Assembly (NCBI GenBank): GCA_017626895.1
Contig: JAGAHV010000159.1
Span: 36,567 to 100,566 of the forward strand
Direction of reading: 5' to 3'
DNA from: Clostridia bacterium
Lineage (GTDB): Bacteria; Bacillota; Clostridia; Christensenellales; Aristaeellaceae
Length of the DNA stretch: 64,000 nt
In this document: piece after piece, positions 35,183 through 44,723 of the stretch
Numbering within the stretch: position 1 is the first letter of the stretch
Layout: each line of letters opens with the position of its first letter
Position numbers and translations under genes: made by a program
Notes under the pieces: generated by a model
Seen by the model: the letters and a program-made list of their open reading frames with translations, nothing else
Database searches by the model: none
What the model was told of the DNA's origin: nothing

Positions 35183-36662
35183 TCCTTATCCGTTCACATA
35201 TATCCATTGCCGTCACCGCGCGGCTTCCCAGATCGGCAGCTGCCTGTTCGCCCGCCAGTCCATGGTAATAGGCGCCAAGACGTGCCGCGTCGGAGATCGG
35301 GCAGCCCTGGGCCAGGAGACCGGCAATCATTCCTGTCAGGACATCCCCGGATCCGCCGGTCGCCATCGCGTCCGCTCCTGTAATGTTCATGTACAGTTCC
35401 TCACCCTGTGCAATCACCGTTGTCGCTCCCTTGAGCAGCACACAGCAGTTCATCTCGCCGGCCAGCTGCTGCGCCGATTCAACCGGGGCATCCAGAACAG
35501 ACTGCACATCGGTTCCGCAAAGTTTTGCCATCTCCCCCGCGTGCGGCGTAAGAACCGTATTCTGTCCGACCTTTCCGCCGTGTCTGGCCAGCAGGAACAG
35601 GGCATCCGCATCCACAACTTTGGGAATATCCGATTCAATCAGCGGCAAAAGAGCCTGCCAGGTATCCTCGTGACGCCCGATTCCCGGGCCTATGGCCAGG
35701 GCCGCTTTTCCGTTCATCAATTCCCGGAGCGCCTGTGCGGACGCTGCCTCAATATGATCGATATCGGATACCACCCGGGCCATAGCACAGGGTGCACCCG
35801 TCTGCAGAATGGAGAGCGACGGGAAGGTGCAGGCCGCTGTGACAAGTCCCGCACCGGAACGCATCGCTGCACGGATACAGAGAACCGCTGCGCCGCTCAT
35901 TCCCTCACTGCCGGCCACCACCAGCACATGCCCGAACGTCCCTTTATGACTGTTCCTTGGTCGGTCCGGAAGCAGCGCCGAGGCATCTTCCTTTTCAAGA
36001 ATATCAATGCCCTGCGCACCGTCCCATTCACTCAGAATGCCGATATCCGAGATGGTCAGTTTTCCGGTCAGTTCCCTGCCCGGATACAGAAAATGCCCGT
36101 GTTTCGCCCGATGGAACGTCACCGTTTCCGTGGCCTGTACGGCGAGACCCATTGCCTTTCCGGTGGCCCCATCCACACCGGAGGGAATATCGACCGAAAT
36201 GACCGGCAGGCCGCTGCTGTTGATCCGTTCCACAATCTCCAGTTCCGTTCCCTCAAGCGGTTTTGAAAGGCCGGTTCCAAAGAGTGCGTCCACGATTCCG
36301 GCGATTCCCTCAGGAATATCCGGCACATCCCCGTACACGATCCGCATTCTGGCCCCGCAGGCACTGAGCAAAAGCGCATTGGTTCCCGCATCCCCTTTCA
36401 TCTGGGACGGGCTCTTCAGGAGCCAGACCTCAGCCTGCCCTCCCTGCTGCATCCACAGACGGGCTGCTGCGCAGCCGTCTCCGCCGTTATTGCCTCCCCC
36501 GCAGACAAAGAGAACGCAGGCATTTTGCGGAACATTTTCGGCAAGCACGCGAACTACTGCCTGTGAGGCATGTTCCATCAGGAGAAGGGACGGATATCCT
36601 GTTCCATCCAGAAACGCATGCTCCATTTCCTGCATATCCTGGGGTGAAATCGTTTTAATCAT
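35175..36662 (-). CDS. nnr: Bifunctional NAD(P)H-hydrate repair enzyme (epimerase + ADP-dependent dehydratase)
   Basis: ORF track, 495 aa. The YjeF_N motif is FVCGGGNNGGDG; the C-terminal kinase-fold motif is GGSGDVLTGMIAGLLAQG. Confidence 0.9.
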   Translation of the reverse strand: MIKTISPQDMQEMEHAFLDGTGYPSLLLMEHASQAVVRVLAENVPQNACVLFVCGGGNNGGDGCAAARLWMQQGGQAEVWLLKSPSQMKGDAGTNALLLSACGARMRIVYGDVPDIPEGIAGIVDALFGTGLSKPLEGTELEIVERINSSGLPVISVDIPSGVDGATGKAMGLAVQATETVTFHRAKHGHFLYPGRELTGKLTISDIGILSEWDGAQGIDILEKEDASALLPDRPRNSHKGTFGHVLVVAGSEGMSGAAVLCIRAAMRSGAGLVTAACTFPSLSILQTGAPCAMARVVSDIDHIEAASAQALRELMNGKAALAIGPGIGRHEDTWQALLPLIESDIPKVVDADALFLLARHGGKVGQNTVLTPHAGEMAKLCGTDVQSVLDAPVESAQQLAGEMNCCVLLKGATTVIAQGEELYMNITGADAMATGGSGDVLTGMIAGLLAQGCPISDAARLGAYYHGLAGEQAAADLGSRAVTAMDICERIRIE

Positions 36663-36714
36663 GTTACCTCCTCCCGGAAATCCCGGATGATCTGTTTCTG
36701 CCTGTCAGGCATCA

Positions 36715-37101
36715 TTAGCCCGGTCGGTCAATCACGGCAAAGGCTGCCGCCATATTGTCCTCATGACTGAGACTGAGGTGGATTTTTCCGCCGCAAAGCT
36801 GTCTCAGCACCGCCTCAGCCGCGCCATGGAGGATCACCTCCGGTGCGCCGTTTTCGCGGTGCACGATCTCGATCTGCTCAGGCATGACGCCCCCGGAAAA
36901 ACCGGTTCCAAGTGCTTTTGAAACCGCTTCCTTTGCCGCATACATGGCGGCGGCGCTCTGCGCGGCCTGCCGCCCTTTTCCGCTGAAATAGGCGATTTCC
37001 TGTTCCGTATATACGCGCCGGTTAAAATGATCTTTCTGAATGGCTTTTTCAATCCGGTCTATCCGGCACAGATCCACACCGATGCCGACGGTATCAGACA
37101 T
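36715..37101 (-). CDS. acpS: Holo-[acyl-carrier-protein] synthase
   Basis: ORF track, 128 aa. The motifs are GIGVDLCRIDRI and YAAKEAVSKALGTG. Confidence 0.9.
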   Translation of the reverse strand: MSDTVGIGVDLCRIDRIEKAIQKDHFNRRVYTEQEIAYFSGKGRQAAQSAAAMYAAKEAVSKALGTGFSGGVMPEQIEIVHRENGAPEVILHGAAEAVLRQLCGGKIHLSLSHEDNMAAAFAVIDRPG

Positions 37102-38056
37102 AGCCCATCAGCCCCCGCACCGAAACATCGCCGGCCATGACCTCGCGCACAGCGCCGGATTCCGTTCTGACCATCAGCACGCCATCCTCCCGGATCTGTT
37201 CCGCCGTGCCGGTAAAGGTTTCCCCCACAGCCTGCACCGAGACCGGGTGTCCCAGTGTCACGGACAGTGACTCATATACAGACATGAACGATCCGTCTTT
37301 CAGGAGTTTCTCCGTTTCCTCAGTGGCACGCATGACCGTCTTTACAATCTCCACCCGTGAGCAGGGATGGCCCAATTCCAGATCCAGAGAGGTTGCCGTT
37401 GCGCGGATTTCCTCGGGAATGTCCATCAGATGGACATTGATCCCCACCCCCGCCACGATATAATGCACATTCTGCTCATCCGCATCCATTTCCAGCAGAA
37501 TACCGCAGACTTTTTTCCCGTTTACGACGATGTCATTGGGCCACTTGATTCCGGCCTCAAGACCCGTCACCTGACGGATTCCCTTTGCCACGGCAACAGA
37601 TGCCGCCAGGGAGAGCAGGGCAACCTTTGCCGGCGGGATCTCCGGCCGCAGGAGCAGCGACATGGCAATGGAGGTGTCTTTGGGCGTCAGCCAGCCTCTT
37701 CCTCTGCGGCCGCGCCCGCCGGTCTGTTCATTGGCCACGACCAGCGTTCCATGATCGGCCCCATCTGCCGCCATTGTTTTCAGCACCCGGTTGGTTGAAT
37801 CCACACTCTCATAGCAGAATACGTGTCTGCCGGCCCACTCTGTTTCAAATCCATAGGTAATCAGCGAGGACATCAGGACATCCGGTACATGAACAAGAAG
37901 GTATCCCTGCCGATCCAGGGATTCTATGACAAAGCCGCGTTCCCGCAGCGCGGTAATCCGTTTCCAGACGGCAGCTCTCGTGATGCCAAGCGCTTTGGAA
38001 ATCCGCTCCCCTGAGACGATTTCCCCCGGCAGCAGTGCTTTCAGAATATCATCCAT
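37094..38056 (-). CDS. birA: Bifunctional biotin-[acetyl-CoA-carboxylase] ligase / biotin operon repressor
   Basis: ORF track, 320 aa. The N-terminal HTH is GERISKALGITRAAVWKRITALRERG and the ligase motif is GGRGRRGRGW. It overlaps acpS by 8 nt. Confidence 0.9.
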   Translation of the reverse strand: MDDILKALLPGEIVSGERISKALGITRAAVWKRITALRERGFVIESLDRQGYLLVHVPDVLMSSLITYGFETEWAGRHVFCYESVDSTNRVLKTMAADGADHGTLVVANEQTGGRGRRGRGWLTPKDTSIAMSLLLRPEIPPAKVALLSLAASVAVAKGIRQVTGLEAGIKWPNDIVVNGKKVCGILLEMDADEQNVHYIVAGVGINVHLMDIPEEIRATATSLDLELGHPCSRVEIVKTVMRATEETEKLLKDGSFMSVYESLSVTLGHPVSVQAVGETFTGTAEQIREDGVLMVRTESGAVREVMAGDVSVRGLMGYV

Positions 38057-38282
38057 CGCTCACATACTCCGTTCTCTTTTTTGGGTCATTTTATCAAAAA
38101 GCACACCCCGATTCAATATATCCGCCCGATTTCATCCGTTTACCGGAAAAAGACCGGTAACGAATAAATTTACATGCCGATCCGGCCGTGTATTCCTCTC
38201 ATCCGCCTGGGAATGCGCGTTTCAATCTGTTTTCACCTGTCGAAGTGTCCTTCCGTCGGCCTCTTCCTGAAACAGTCCCCCC

Positions 38283-38311
38283 TTGAACAGCTTTTTAACC
38301 GGTGATATAAT
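38283..38311 (+). promoter_or_regulatory. Candidate promoter of the aquaporin gene
   Basis: TTGAAC (38283-38288), a 17-nt spacer, then TATAAT (38306-38311). This leaves a leader of about 125 nt before the ATG at 38439. Confidence 0.55.
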
Positions 38312-38438
38312 ACGATATGGATTTTCGTTGTCTGTCTGGCCCCTGTTTCGTCCGGTAGGAAAACGTTTTCGCTATCCAAACCGGGCCAGGCCATCGGTAA
38401 CGAAAGCCAAAAAATCATTTGTTGGGGGATTTTTACCT

Positions 38439-39125
38439 ATGAAAAAGAACATTGCTGAGGCAATCGGCACGGCCGTTCTGGTCATTGTCGGCTGCGGAAC
38501 TGCCATGCTCGTGGGCTGCAATGCCGCCAATGGCAGCGGGTACCTGCTCACCGCCCTGGCCTTCGGTCTGACCATCGTGGCCATGGCCTACTCCATCGGA
38601 AACATCTCCGGATGCCATATTAATCCGGCCGTTTCCCTGGCATTCCTGCTTCGCGGCGACATCACCGTCAGTGAATTCATTTCCTACTGTGTTTCCCAGT
38701 GTGTGGGCGCCCTCTGCGGCTCCTTTGTACTGGCAGGCATCTTTGGTGCCGGACATGTCACGGATGCCACCGGCGGATTTGGTTCAAACGGCCTTGCCGG
38801 TGTGAACGGCAGCGTTGTTGCCGGTCTTCTGGTTGAGATCGTGCTGACCTTTATCTTTGTCATGGCCATCATGGGCGTCACCTCCAAGAAAGCCAACCAC
38901 GGCTCCTTCGGCGGTCTGGTGATCGGCCTGTCGCTTGTTCTGGTGCATATTCTGGGCATCGGCCTGACCGGCACCAGCGTGAACCCCGCCCGCAGCGTTG
39001 GCCCTGCCATTGTGGCCGCCATTAATGGAAACGCTGCACCGCTTGCCTCCCTGTGGGTCTTCATCGTCGGGCCTCTGGTCGGCGCTGCTCTGGCCGCCCT
39101 GGCCTATAAGGCACTCGAAGAGTAA
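38439..39125 (+). CDS. aqpZ: MIP-family channel (aquaporin Z-like)
   Basis: ORF 38283-39125. I prefer the ATG at 38439 (MKKNIAEAIGTAVLV). Two NPA boxes are present (HINPAVS, SVNPARS). Confidence 0.9.
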   Translation: MKKNIAEAIGTAVLVIVGCGTAMLVGCNAANGSGYLLTALAFGLTIVAMAYSIGNISGCHINPAVSLAFLLRGDITVSEFISYCVSQCVGALCGSFVLAGIFGAGHVTDATGGFGSNGLAGVNGSVVAGLLVEIVLTFIFVMAIMGVTSKKANHGSFGGLVIGLSLVLVHILGIGLTGTSVNPARSVGPAIVAAINGNAAPLASLWVFIVGPLVGAALAALAYKALEE

Positions 39126-39138
39126 TCCGTACCTGCTT

Positions 39139-39170
39139 ACAGCCGTCCTGTGGACGGCTGTTTTTGTTTT
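39139..39170 (+). terminator. Rho-independent terminator after aqpZ
   Basis: ACAGCCGTCC-tgt-GGACGGCTGT followed by TTTTGTTTT. Confidence 0.8.
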
Positions 39171-39207
39171 GGCGCATCACCGGCCCTGTTCCCATTTTCC
39201 CCGTTTC

Positions 39208-39236
39208 TTGCCAAAGCTCCTGTTTTCTTTTATAAT
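39208..39236 (+). promoter_or_regulatory. Candidate promoter of the MoxR operon
   Basis: TTGCCA (39208-39213), a 17-nt spacer, then TATAAT (39231-39236). Confidence 0.55.
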
Positions 39237-39271
39237 ACACGTCGGATTCAGTTCCCACTATAGTTATTGAG

Positions 39272-40225
39272 GTGATTCAGTTGGCTGAAATCAGCCCGAT
39301 TGTGACCGCTTTAAAGCAGAATATTGCACAGGCCGTCGTTGGAAAAGACGACGTGGTCGAGCTCATGCTCACCACCTTGCTCTGCGAGGGCCATCTGCTG
39401 ATTGAGGATGTCCCCGGGGTCGGAAAAACCACCCTGGCCTCCGCGCTTGCCCGGTCCCTTTCCTGTACCTTCAGGCGCATTCAGTTTACCCCGGACATTA
39501 CCCCCTCCGACATTACCGGATTTACTATGCCCAACCTGAACGGGGAGATGCAGTACCGGCCCGGTGCCGTCATGAGTCAGATCGTCCTGGCGGATGAAAT
39601 TAACCGGACCTCCCCCAAGACACAGTCTGCCCTCCTTGAGGTCATGGAGGAACATCAGGTCACCGTCGATGGGGTCACCCATCGGATGGAACGGCCGTTC
39701 ATGGTCATGGCGACGCAGAACCCGGTGGATTTCGTCGGCACCTACCCGCTGCCGGAGGCACAGATGGACCGCTTCCTGATGCGCATTTCCATCGGCTACC
39801 CCAGCGAGGCGGATGAGGCGGATATTCTGGAGCGTTACAGCATGCCCACGCAGCCCATGCATCAGGTGGCGCCGGTCTGCACCGCTCAGGACATCATCAA
39901 CCTGCAGCAGCAGGTCAAGACGATTTACTGTTCCCGGGAGGTACGTTCGTATATCGTTTCGCTTTGTGCCGCCACCCGAAAGGTCAGCACCCTGACCCTT
40001 GGCGCCAGCACCCGGGCGGCAATCGCCCTTTGCCATGCCGCACAGGCCAATGCCCTGCTCTCCGGACGGGACTATATCATTCCGGAGGATGTTCAGCACC
40101 TTTACATGCATGTTCTGGCCCACCGCCTGGTTCCCTCCGCAGAGGCGCGGATGGCAAACCTGACCTCCGAACAGATCCTGGCCGGCATTATGAAGCAGGT
40201 GCGCATTCCGGTAAAAATGCGATGA
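39272..40225 (+). CDS. MoxR-family AAA+ ATPase
   Basis: ORF track, 317 aa. Walker A is VPGVGKTTLA and Walker B is VLADEINR. The start is ambiguous: GTG at 39272, or TTG at 39281, which has better spacing to GAGGTGA. Confidence 0.9.
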   Translation: MIQLAEISPIVTALKQNIAQAVVGKDDVVELMLTTLLCEGHLLIEDVPGVGKTTLASALARSLSCTFRRIQFTPDITPSDITGFTMPNLNGEMQYRPGAVMSQIVLADEINRTSPKTQSALLEVMEEHQVTVDGVTHRMERPFMVMATQNPVDFVGTYPLPEAQMDRFLMRISIGYPSEADEADILERYSMPTQPMHQVAPVCTAQDIINLQQQVKTIYCSREVRSYIVSLCAATRKVSTLTLGASTRAAIALCHAAQANALLSGRDYIIPEDVQHLYMHVLAHRLVPSAEARMANLTSEQILAGIMKQVRIPVKMR

Positions 40226-41361
40226 CTATTCGCGGCTTTCTGACCCTCATGGTCGGGGCGACGCTGATTCTGATCGGCCTCTCTACCGGAAACAGCGCCT
40301 GCATGCTAACCGGGGGAATTGCGGCCTCTGCCCTGAGTCTGATGTTTCTCAGCATCCTGATATCTGCCCTTTCCCTTCGGGTTACCCAGCAGATTTCCCC
40401 TCAGGAGGTACTGAGGCAGAACACGTGCCAGCTCAATACCCGCTTTTTCATGCTCTCTCTTTTGCCTCTGGCCCCGCTGGTCATGGATGTCCAGCTGCCC
40501 TCCGGCCGTCATTCTGCCTACCTGATCCATCCCCGGCCCTTTGGCCGTACAGATGCCACCAATGAATTTGTCTGTCCGCATGTCGGCGAGTTTTCCGTCG
40601 GCATCCAGACCATTACCCTGCACGACAGTCTGGGGATGTTCCGGTTCAGGCGCCGGGTGAAGGGACTGGAAAAGATTCGCATTCTCCCCCAGGCCGCCGC
40701 CGTCTCGCCTGTCCCCATCAAGCCGGGCAGCGAGGAAGGTCCCGCTTCGGCGTATGCCACCACGGACTATACCACGCCGGACAGCATCCGCGGCTGGGTG
40801 GAGGGAGATGAACTCAAGCGTGTTCACTGGAAGCTCTCTGCCAGCCGGCGCACGCTGCTGGTGCGAACCTATGAACAGCAGAACCGGCCGGATACCCTGA
40901 TTCTCCTTAACACCGGCGGCATTGATCCGGAAAATCTGCGCTCGGCCTTTGTGATAGACGCCCTCACGGAAAGCTGTGCCGGAACCGTGTCACACCTGCT
41001 GAGTGAAAACCGGCCGGTCTGCATTCCCATTACCCGGACCGGCGGCGAAATTCGGGGCGAAAGCATGCGGGCCTTTGACAGCATCCAGCGAATGCTCGCC
41101 CAGCTTGAATTCACGGCCCAGGATCACTTTCCCGAGACCCTTGAACTGGCTGCCCCGCGTCTGCAGCGCTCCGGCACGCTCCTGATCTTTTCCCCTGTCA
41201 TTACACCGCATATTACCGAAGCAGTTATCCGCCTGTCCCTGTTTGGTACAGGCATCCGCTTTACCCTTGCCTGCCGTGAGGAAATTCCCAAAAACGAAAT
41301 GAAACTGCTTCAAATGCTTGTTGCCGCCAATATTGAAACATTTCAGGTGTCGATATCATAA
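40222..41361 (+). CDS. DUF58-domain protein (MoxR partner, two N-terminal TM helices)
   Basis: This is the in-frame part of ORF 39964-41361. The ATG at 40222 overlaps the MoxR stop (ATGA). The N-terminus is MTIRGFLTLMVGATLILIGL... and the DUF58 signature is IRGWVEGDELKRVHWKLSASRRTLLVRTYE. Confidence 0.85.
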   Translation: MTIRGFLTLMVGATLILIGLSTGNSACMLTGGIAASALSLMFLSILISALSLRVTQQISPQEVLRQNTCQLNTRFFMLSLLPLAPLVMDVQLPSGRHSAYLIHPRPFGRTDATNEFVCPHVGEFSVGIQTITLHDSLGMFRFRRRVKGLEKIRILPQAAAVSPVPIKPGSEEGPASAYATTDYTTPDSIRGWVEGDELKRVHWKLSASRRTLLVRTYEQQNRPDTLILLNTGGIDPENLRSAFVIDALTESCAGTVSHLLSENRPVCIPITRTGGEIRGESMRAFDSIQRMLAQLEFTAQDHFPETLELAAPRLQRSGTLLIFSPVITPHITEAVIRLSLFGTGIRFTLACREEIPKNEMKLLQMLVAANIETFQVSIS

Positions 41362-43655
41362 TGAATGGTTCTGTATTTCAGTTTCGAAAGCATTCTTTCT
41401 ATGCCCTGCTGCTCTCGCTGTGCCTCGGTTTCGGGCTGGCCTGTCCGCTCCATCTGATTCTCGGACTGACCCCCCGGCCTTTGCTGGTGCTGGGAATTTC
41501 TCTGGGTGTTTCCCTTCTGTTTTTTCTCTCCCGGGGAATCCGGCACCTCAAACTGCTCCCCTATCCGGTGATTCTCGGCTTTTCGGCCTTTATCCTGTTC
41601 ATTCACAGAGGGGATGCCGTTCCTTTCTGGAACGCCCTGATTCTGACCCTGAACGGATCACCGGCGCCGCTTTCAGCCTGGTCCTATCCGCTGACCATTC
41701 TGCTGACACTGTTCCTTTCCACCGTCGCATGCGCCGTTGCTGCCGGAGAGGAACCCTACCTCTCCATCCTGCCTCTTTCCCTGCTCATTTTCATCCCCAT
41801 TGCCATGGGAAAGAGCGGCATCAGTCCGTTATGGCTTCTGCCCTGCATTCTCGCCATCCTGCTCTCTTTCCGCGAAAGCAGCACACGGTATCTTGCCTCC
41901 ATCCTCTCTGCCGCGGCAGCCATCGCACTGGCCATGCTCATTATGCCCCTGCTCCCTTCCGGCAATTCCGCTCTGGAATCGGTCGCCGGCAATGTTCGCA
42001 AGGCCATCGATGATTATCTGTTCTTTACCGATGCCAGAACGACCTTTTCTCTGTTCAGCACCGGCTGGCAGCCCTACGGGGCTAACCGTCTCGGCGGCAA
42101 GGTATCTCCCTCCGATTCGAAAGTCATGCAGGTTTTTGCCAGCGGACCCGTTCTGCTGAGAGGCACCGCGCTCAACGAGTATGATGGTTTTTCCTGGCAG
42201 GATACCATCGGCGGACGCCGTTACCTGTTTATCGATCCAAGGTTCATCACCCTGCGGCGGAATCTGTTCGATTCCAACCGTCCGGCGAAATCCATTTCCG
42301 CCCGTTTCCCCGCTGAGGAATCCATCCGCGTGTACATGGAATCGGACAGTACCAGCACGCTTTTCGTCACCCAGCGGTTCAGCAGCCTCAGCGGTCAGGG
42401 AATCGTTCCCTATTTTTCCCCGGCAAGCGAGCTGTTTGCCACCGATTCCCTGACCGCCGATACCCTGTATGATTTTAACGGTATCCGGTTGACGGCGCAG
42501 ACAGAAGGCATTCGTGATCTCGTCCTTGATGCCGCTGCCACCTCAGATTCCTGGCTGGAGGAAACCATTCGGGAACAGTACCTTTCCGTTCCGGAAATCG
42601 TGGAGGAGGACGTGTACCGTCTGGCGGGTGAGATCACATCAAATGCCCGGACAGATTTTGACCGGGCCCTGGCCCTTTCCACTTACCTTGCCACACATTA
42701 CCAATACACGCTGGATCAGGGAGAACCGCCCGCTTCCCGGGACTTCGTTTCCTGGTTTCTGCTTACGGAAAAGCGAGGCTACTGCACCTCTTTTGCCAGC
42801 AGCCTCGCCATCCTGGCCCGGACCATCGGCCTGCCGGCCAGATATATTGAGGGCTATTCAGCCCGGCCCGGTCAGGACGGAATTGCCTATGTGACGCAGG
42901 AAAATGCCCATGCCTGGTGTGAAATCTATTTTTCCGGCTTTGGCTGGCTCCCCTTTGACCCTACTCCCGGGCCCAATTCCGGAACGGACAACAGCGGACA
43001 AAGCCTGCCCGGTAATTCACCCAGTCCATCTCCCTCTCCTTCTCCGTCACAGTCACCCTCTCCCTCTCCGCCGCCGGATGCAACACCAACCCCCTCTCCG
43101 TCCCCGGCAAATTCCCAGGATCCATCCCCGACCCTTTCTCCTACTCCGACGCCCACGCCTACACCGGAACCGACTCCCACCGTTCCGCCGGAGGATCCGG
43201 AGAATGAGGACAATCCCCAGGACCGCCGGATCTTTTTCCTTCTTTTGATTTTCCTTCTTCTGTTGCTTCTGGTCGCCCTTGCAGCCCTGCGCCTGTACAC
43301 CTCAACACCTGCCTATCTCTGTCAGCGGCAGAAAGGACGCCGCAATGCACTGCTTGTTTATTATGCGGCTGTTCTGCAGGTTCTGCACTGCATGCGCATT
43401 CATCCGGACAATGGTGAGGCACCCGCCACTTTCCTTGCGCGCATTCCCGGGCTGCTGCCCGAACCCATCCGGACAGATGCGTTCAGTGATTCGGTCTGTC
43501 ATGCCGGTTACAGTCCCCGCAAACCTTCCCGTAAAGAGCTTGAGCAGGCAGAGGAATTCTATCGGTCACTGACCGGACAGATGTCGATTCCGGCACGTCT
43601 GCGTCTTCTCAAAGACCGGCTCCTTCATGGCCTTCCCATGAAATCACTTTCGTAA
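41361..43655 (+). CDS. Transglutaminase-like membrane protein (TgpA-like) with a Pro/Ser/Thr-rich linker and a C-terminal TM + DUF4129-like tail
   Basis: ORF track, 764 aa. It overlaps the DUF58 stop (TAATG). The N-terminus is multi-TM. The Cys-His-Asp core is EKRGYCTSFASSLAILARTIGLPARYIEGY...NAHAWCEIYFSGFGWLPFDPTP, followed by SPSPSPSPSPSQSPSPSPPP...TPTPTPTPEPTPT. Confidence 0.85.
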   Translation: MNGSVFQFRKHSFYALLLSLCLGFGLACPLHLILGLTPRPLLVLGISLGVSLLFFLSRGIRHLKLLPYPVILGFSAFILFIHRGDAVPFWNALILTLNGSPAPLSAWSYPLTILLTLFLSTVACAVAAGEEPYLSILPLSLLIFIPIAMGKSGISPLWLLPCILAILLSFRESSTRYLASILSAAAAIALAMLIMPLLPSGNSALESVAGNVRKAIDDYLFFTDARTTFSLFSTGWQPYGANRLGGKVSPSDSKVMQVFASGPVLLRGTALNEYDGFSWQDTIGGRRYLFIDPRFITLRRNLFDSNRPAKSISARFPAEESIRVYMESDSTSTLFVTQRFSSLSGQGIVPYFSPASELFATDSLTADTLYDFNGIRLTAQTEGIRDLVLDAAATSDSWLEETIREQYLSVPEIVEEDVYRLAGEITSNARTDFDRALALSTYLATHYQYTLDQGEPPASRDFVSWFLLTEKRGYCTSFASSLAILARTIGLPARYIEGYSARPGQDGIAYVTQENAHAWCEIYFSGFGWLPFDPTPGPNSGTDNSGQSLPGNSPSPSPSPSPSQSPSPSPPPDATPTPSPSPANSQDPSPTLSPTPTPTPTPEPTPTVPPEDPENEDNPQDRRIFFLLLIFLLLLLLVALAALRLYTSTPAYLCQRQKGRRNALLVYYAAVLQVLHCMRIHPDNGEAPATFLARIPGLLPEPIRTDAFSDSVCHAGYSPRKPSRKELEQAEEFYRSLTGQMSIPARLRLLKDRLLHGLPMKSLS
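43015..43190 (+). repeat. Low-complexity Pro/Ser/Thr-coding tract inside the transglutaminase gene
   Basis: Runs of CCNTCN/CCNACN codons encode SPSPSPSPSPSQSPSPSPPPDATPTPSPSPANSQDPSPTLSPTPTPTPTPEPTPT. Confidence 0.85.
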
Positions 43656-43662
43656 AACCAGC

Positions 43663-43691
43663 GGCAGAAAGTCAGTCTTTCTGCCGTTTTT
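43663..43691 (+). terminator. Rho-independent terminator after the MoxR/DUF58/TGase operon
   Basis: GGCAGAAAG-tcagt-CTTTCTGCC followed by GTTTTT. Confidence 0.8.
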
Positions 43692-43790
43692 CTGTTCGGC
43701 TGCCGCCCGGCTCAGCCGGAATATGGACCCTGTCGGGGCTTTAAAATCCGGCTCTGCCAGGGGCTCAGTCCGGAAAATCGAATTTATGCA

Positions 43791-43819
43791 TTGACAAGCT
43801 GTCTATATTCACCTATACT
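43791..43819 (+). promoter_or_regulatory. Candidate promoter of the first esterase gene
   Basis: TTGACA (43791-43796), a 17-nt spacer, then TATACT (43814-43819). Confidence 0.6.
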
Positions 43820-43899
43820 ACCATGGCACTTGATCCTGTTACAATTAACAACGTTCGACAGGATCTGGCAATTATTCACAGGTAGGAGTTTTATTTCTG

Positions 43900-44658
43900 A
43901 TGATCGAACAGTGGCATATGCCTGTTTCCGGTCTGCGCCCCGATTTCAATCGCCGCATCTATATCTGTCAACCGTTCGGGTATGACGAGCAGCCGGAAAA
44001 GTGTTACCCTGTATTTTACCTCTTTGACGGCCAGAATCTCTTTTTTGATGAAGATGCCTGTTTTGGTAAATCCTGGAACCTGGGAAGATTCATGGAGGAA
44101 TCCCGTGCGGAATGCATTCTTGTCGGGATTGAAAGCAGTCCTTTCGGAAATGACCGTCTATGTGAATACTCCCCGTTTTCCTATACAGAAGAAGAACTCG
44201 GAACCATCGACAAGCGCGGTGATAAGACCATCCGGTTTATCCTTGATGAACTCAAGCCCAGAATCGACAGCTGCTATCGGACAATTCCCGACCGGGAACA
44301 TACCTATATCGGCGGCTCTTCCATGGGCGGTCTGATCAGCCTGTACGCCGTTACTGCTTACAACGCGTTTTTCTCAAAAGCGCTGTGCCTTTCGCCCAGT
44401 CTCTGGGTACATCCGAAAAAGGTCCGCAAGATGCTTCGGAAGACCTCTCCGCAGCCTCATACCCAGATCTATATGGATTATGGTTCCGAGGAACTCGGCA
44501 ATCACGAGCACAATCGTGAAGCCCTTATTGAGACCGCTTCCCTTCTGCTCAATCTGGGCGTGGATCTGACTTTTCGCATCGAGCCGTACGGAACCCATTC
44601 GGAGGCATCCTGGGAACAGCGGATTCCCATATTCATGCGCTGCCTCGGCATTGCCTGA
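43900..44658 (+). CDS. Esterase-family alpha/beta hydrolase (PF00756 type, Fes/IroE/esterase D-like)
   Basis: ORF track, 252 aa. It has YPVFYLFDGQNLF and the nucleophile elbow YIGGSSMGGLISLY. RBS AGGAG. Confidence 0.75.
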   Translation: MIEQWHMPVSGLRPDFNRRIYICQPFGYDEQPEKCYPVFYLFDGQNLFFDEDACFGKSWNLGRFMEESRAECILVGIESSPFGNDRLCEYSPFSYTEEELGTIDKRGDKTIRFILDELKPRIDSCYRTIPDREHTYIGGSSMGGLISLYAVTAYNAFFSKALCLSPSLWVHPKKVRKMLRKTSPQPHTQIYMDYGSEELGNHEHNREALIETASLLLNLGVDLTFRIEPYGTHSEASWEQRIPIFMRCLGIA

Positions 44659-44723
44659 AACCTGTCAGCGATAAGCACCGGATGAGCAGCGGTGCCGGAG
44701 AGCTAGTCCCTGCTCATAAAGAA

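Noticed and set aside
35022-36266. A 414-aa plus-strand ORF, together with other 200-350-aa ORFs at 51902-52960, 51044-51784, 45720-46529, 39311-40123, 28221-29078, 23409-24266, 21131-22114, 17397-18209, 14820-15560, 13731-14483, 12576-13439, 7416-8288 and 2817-3623
   Set aside because: Each lies antisense to, or out of frame within, a gene that has diagnostic motifs. All are Arg/Pro/Gly/Ser-rich and lack both an RBS and any family signature.
38140-38161. The inverted repeat TTACCGG-aaaaaga-CCGGTAA in the birA-aqpZ spacer, considered as a BirA operator
   Set aside because: It does not resemble the TGT(T/A)AAC-type half-sites known for Firmicutes BirA operators. It lies about 90 nt upstream of birA with no promoter overlap that I can define. 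I am leaving it as an unexplained short palindrome.
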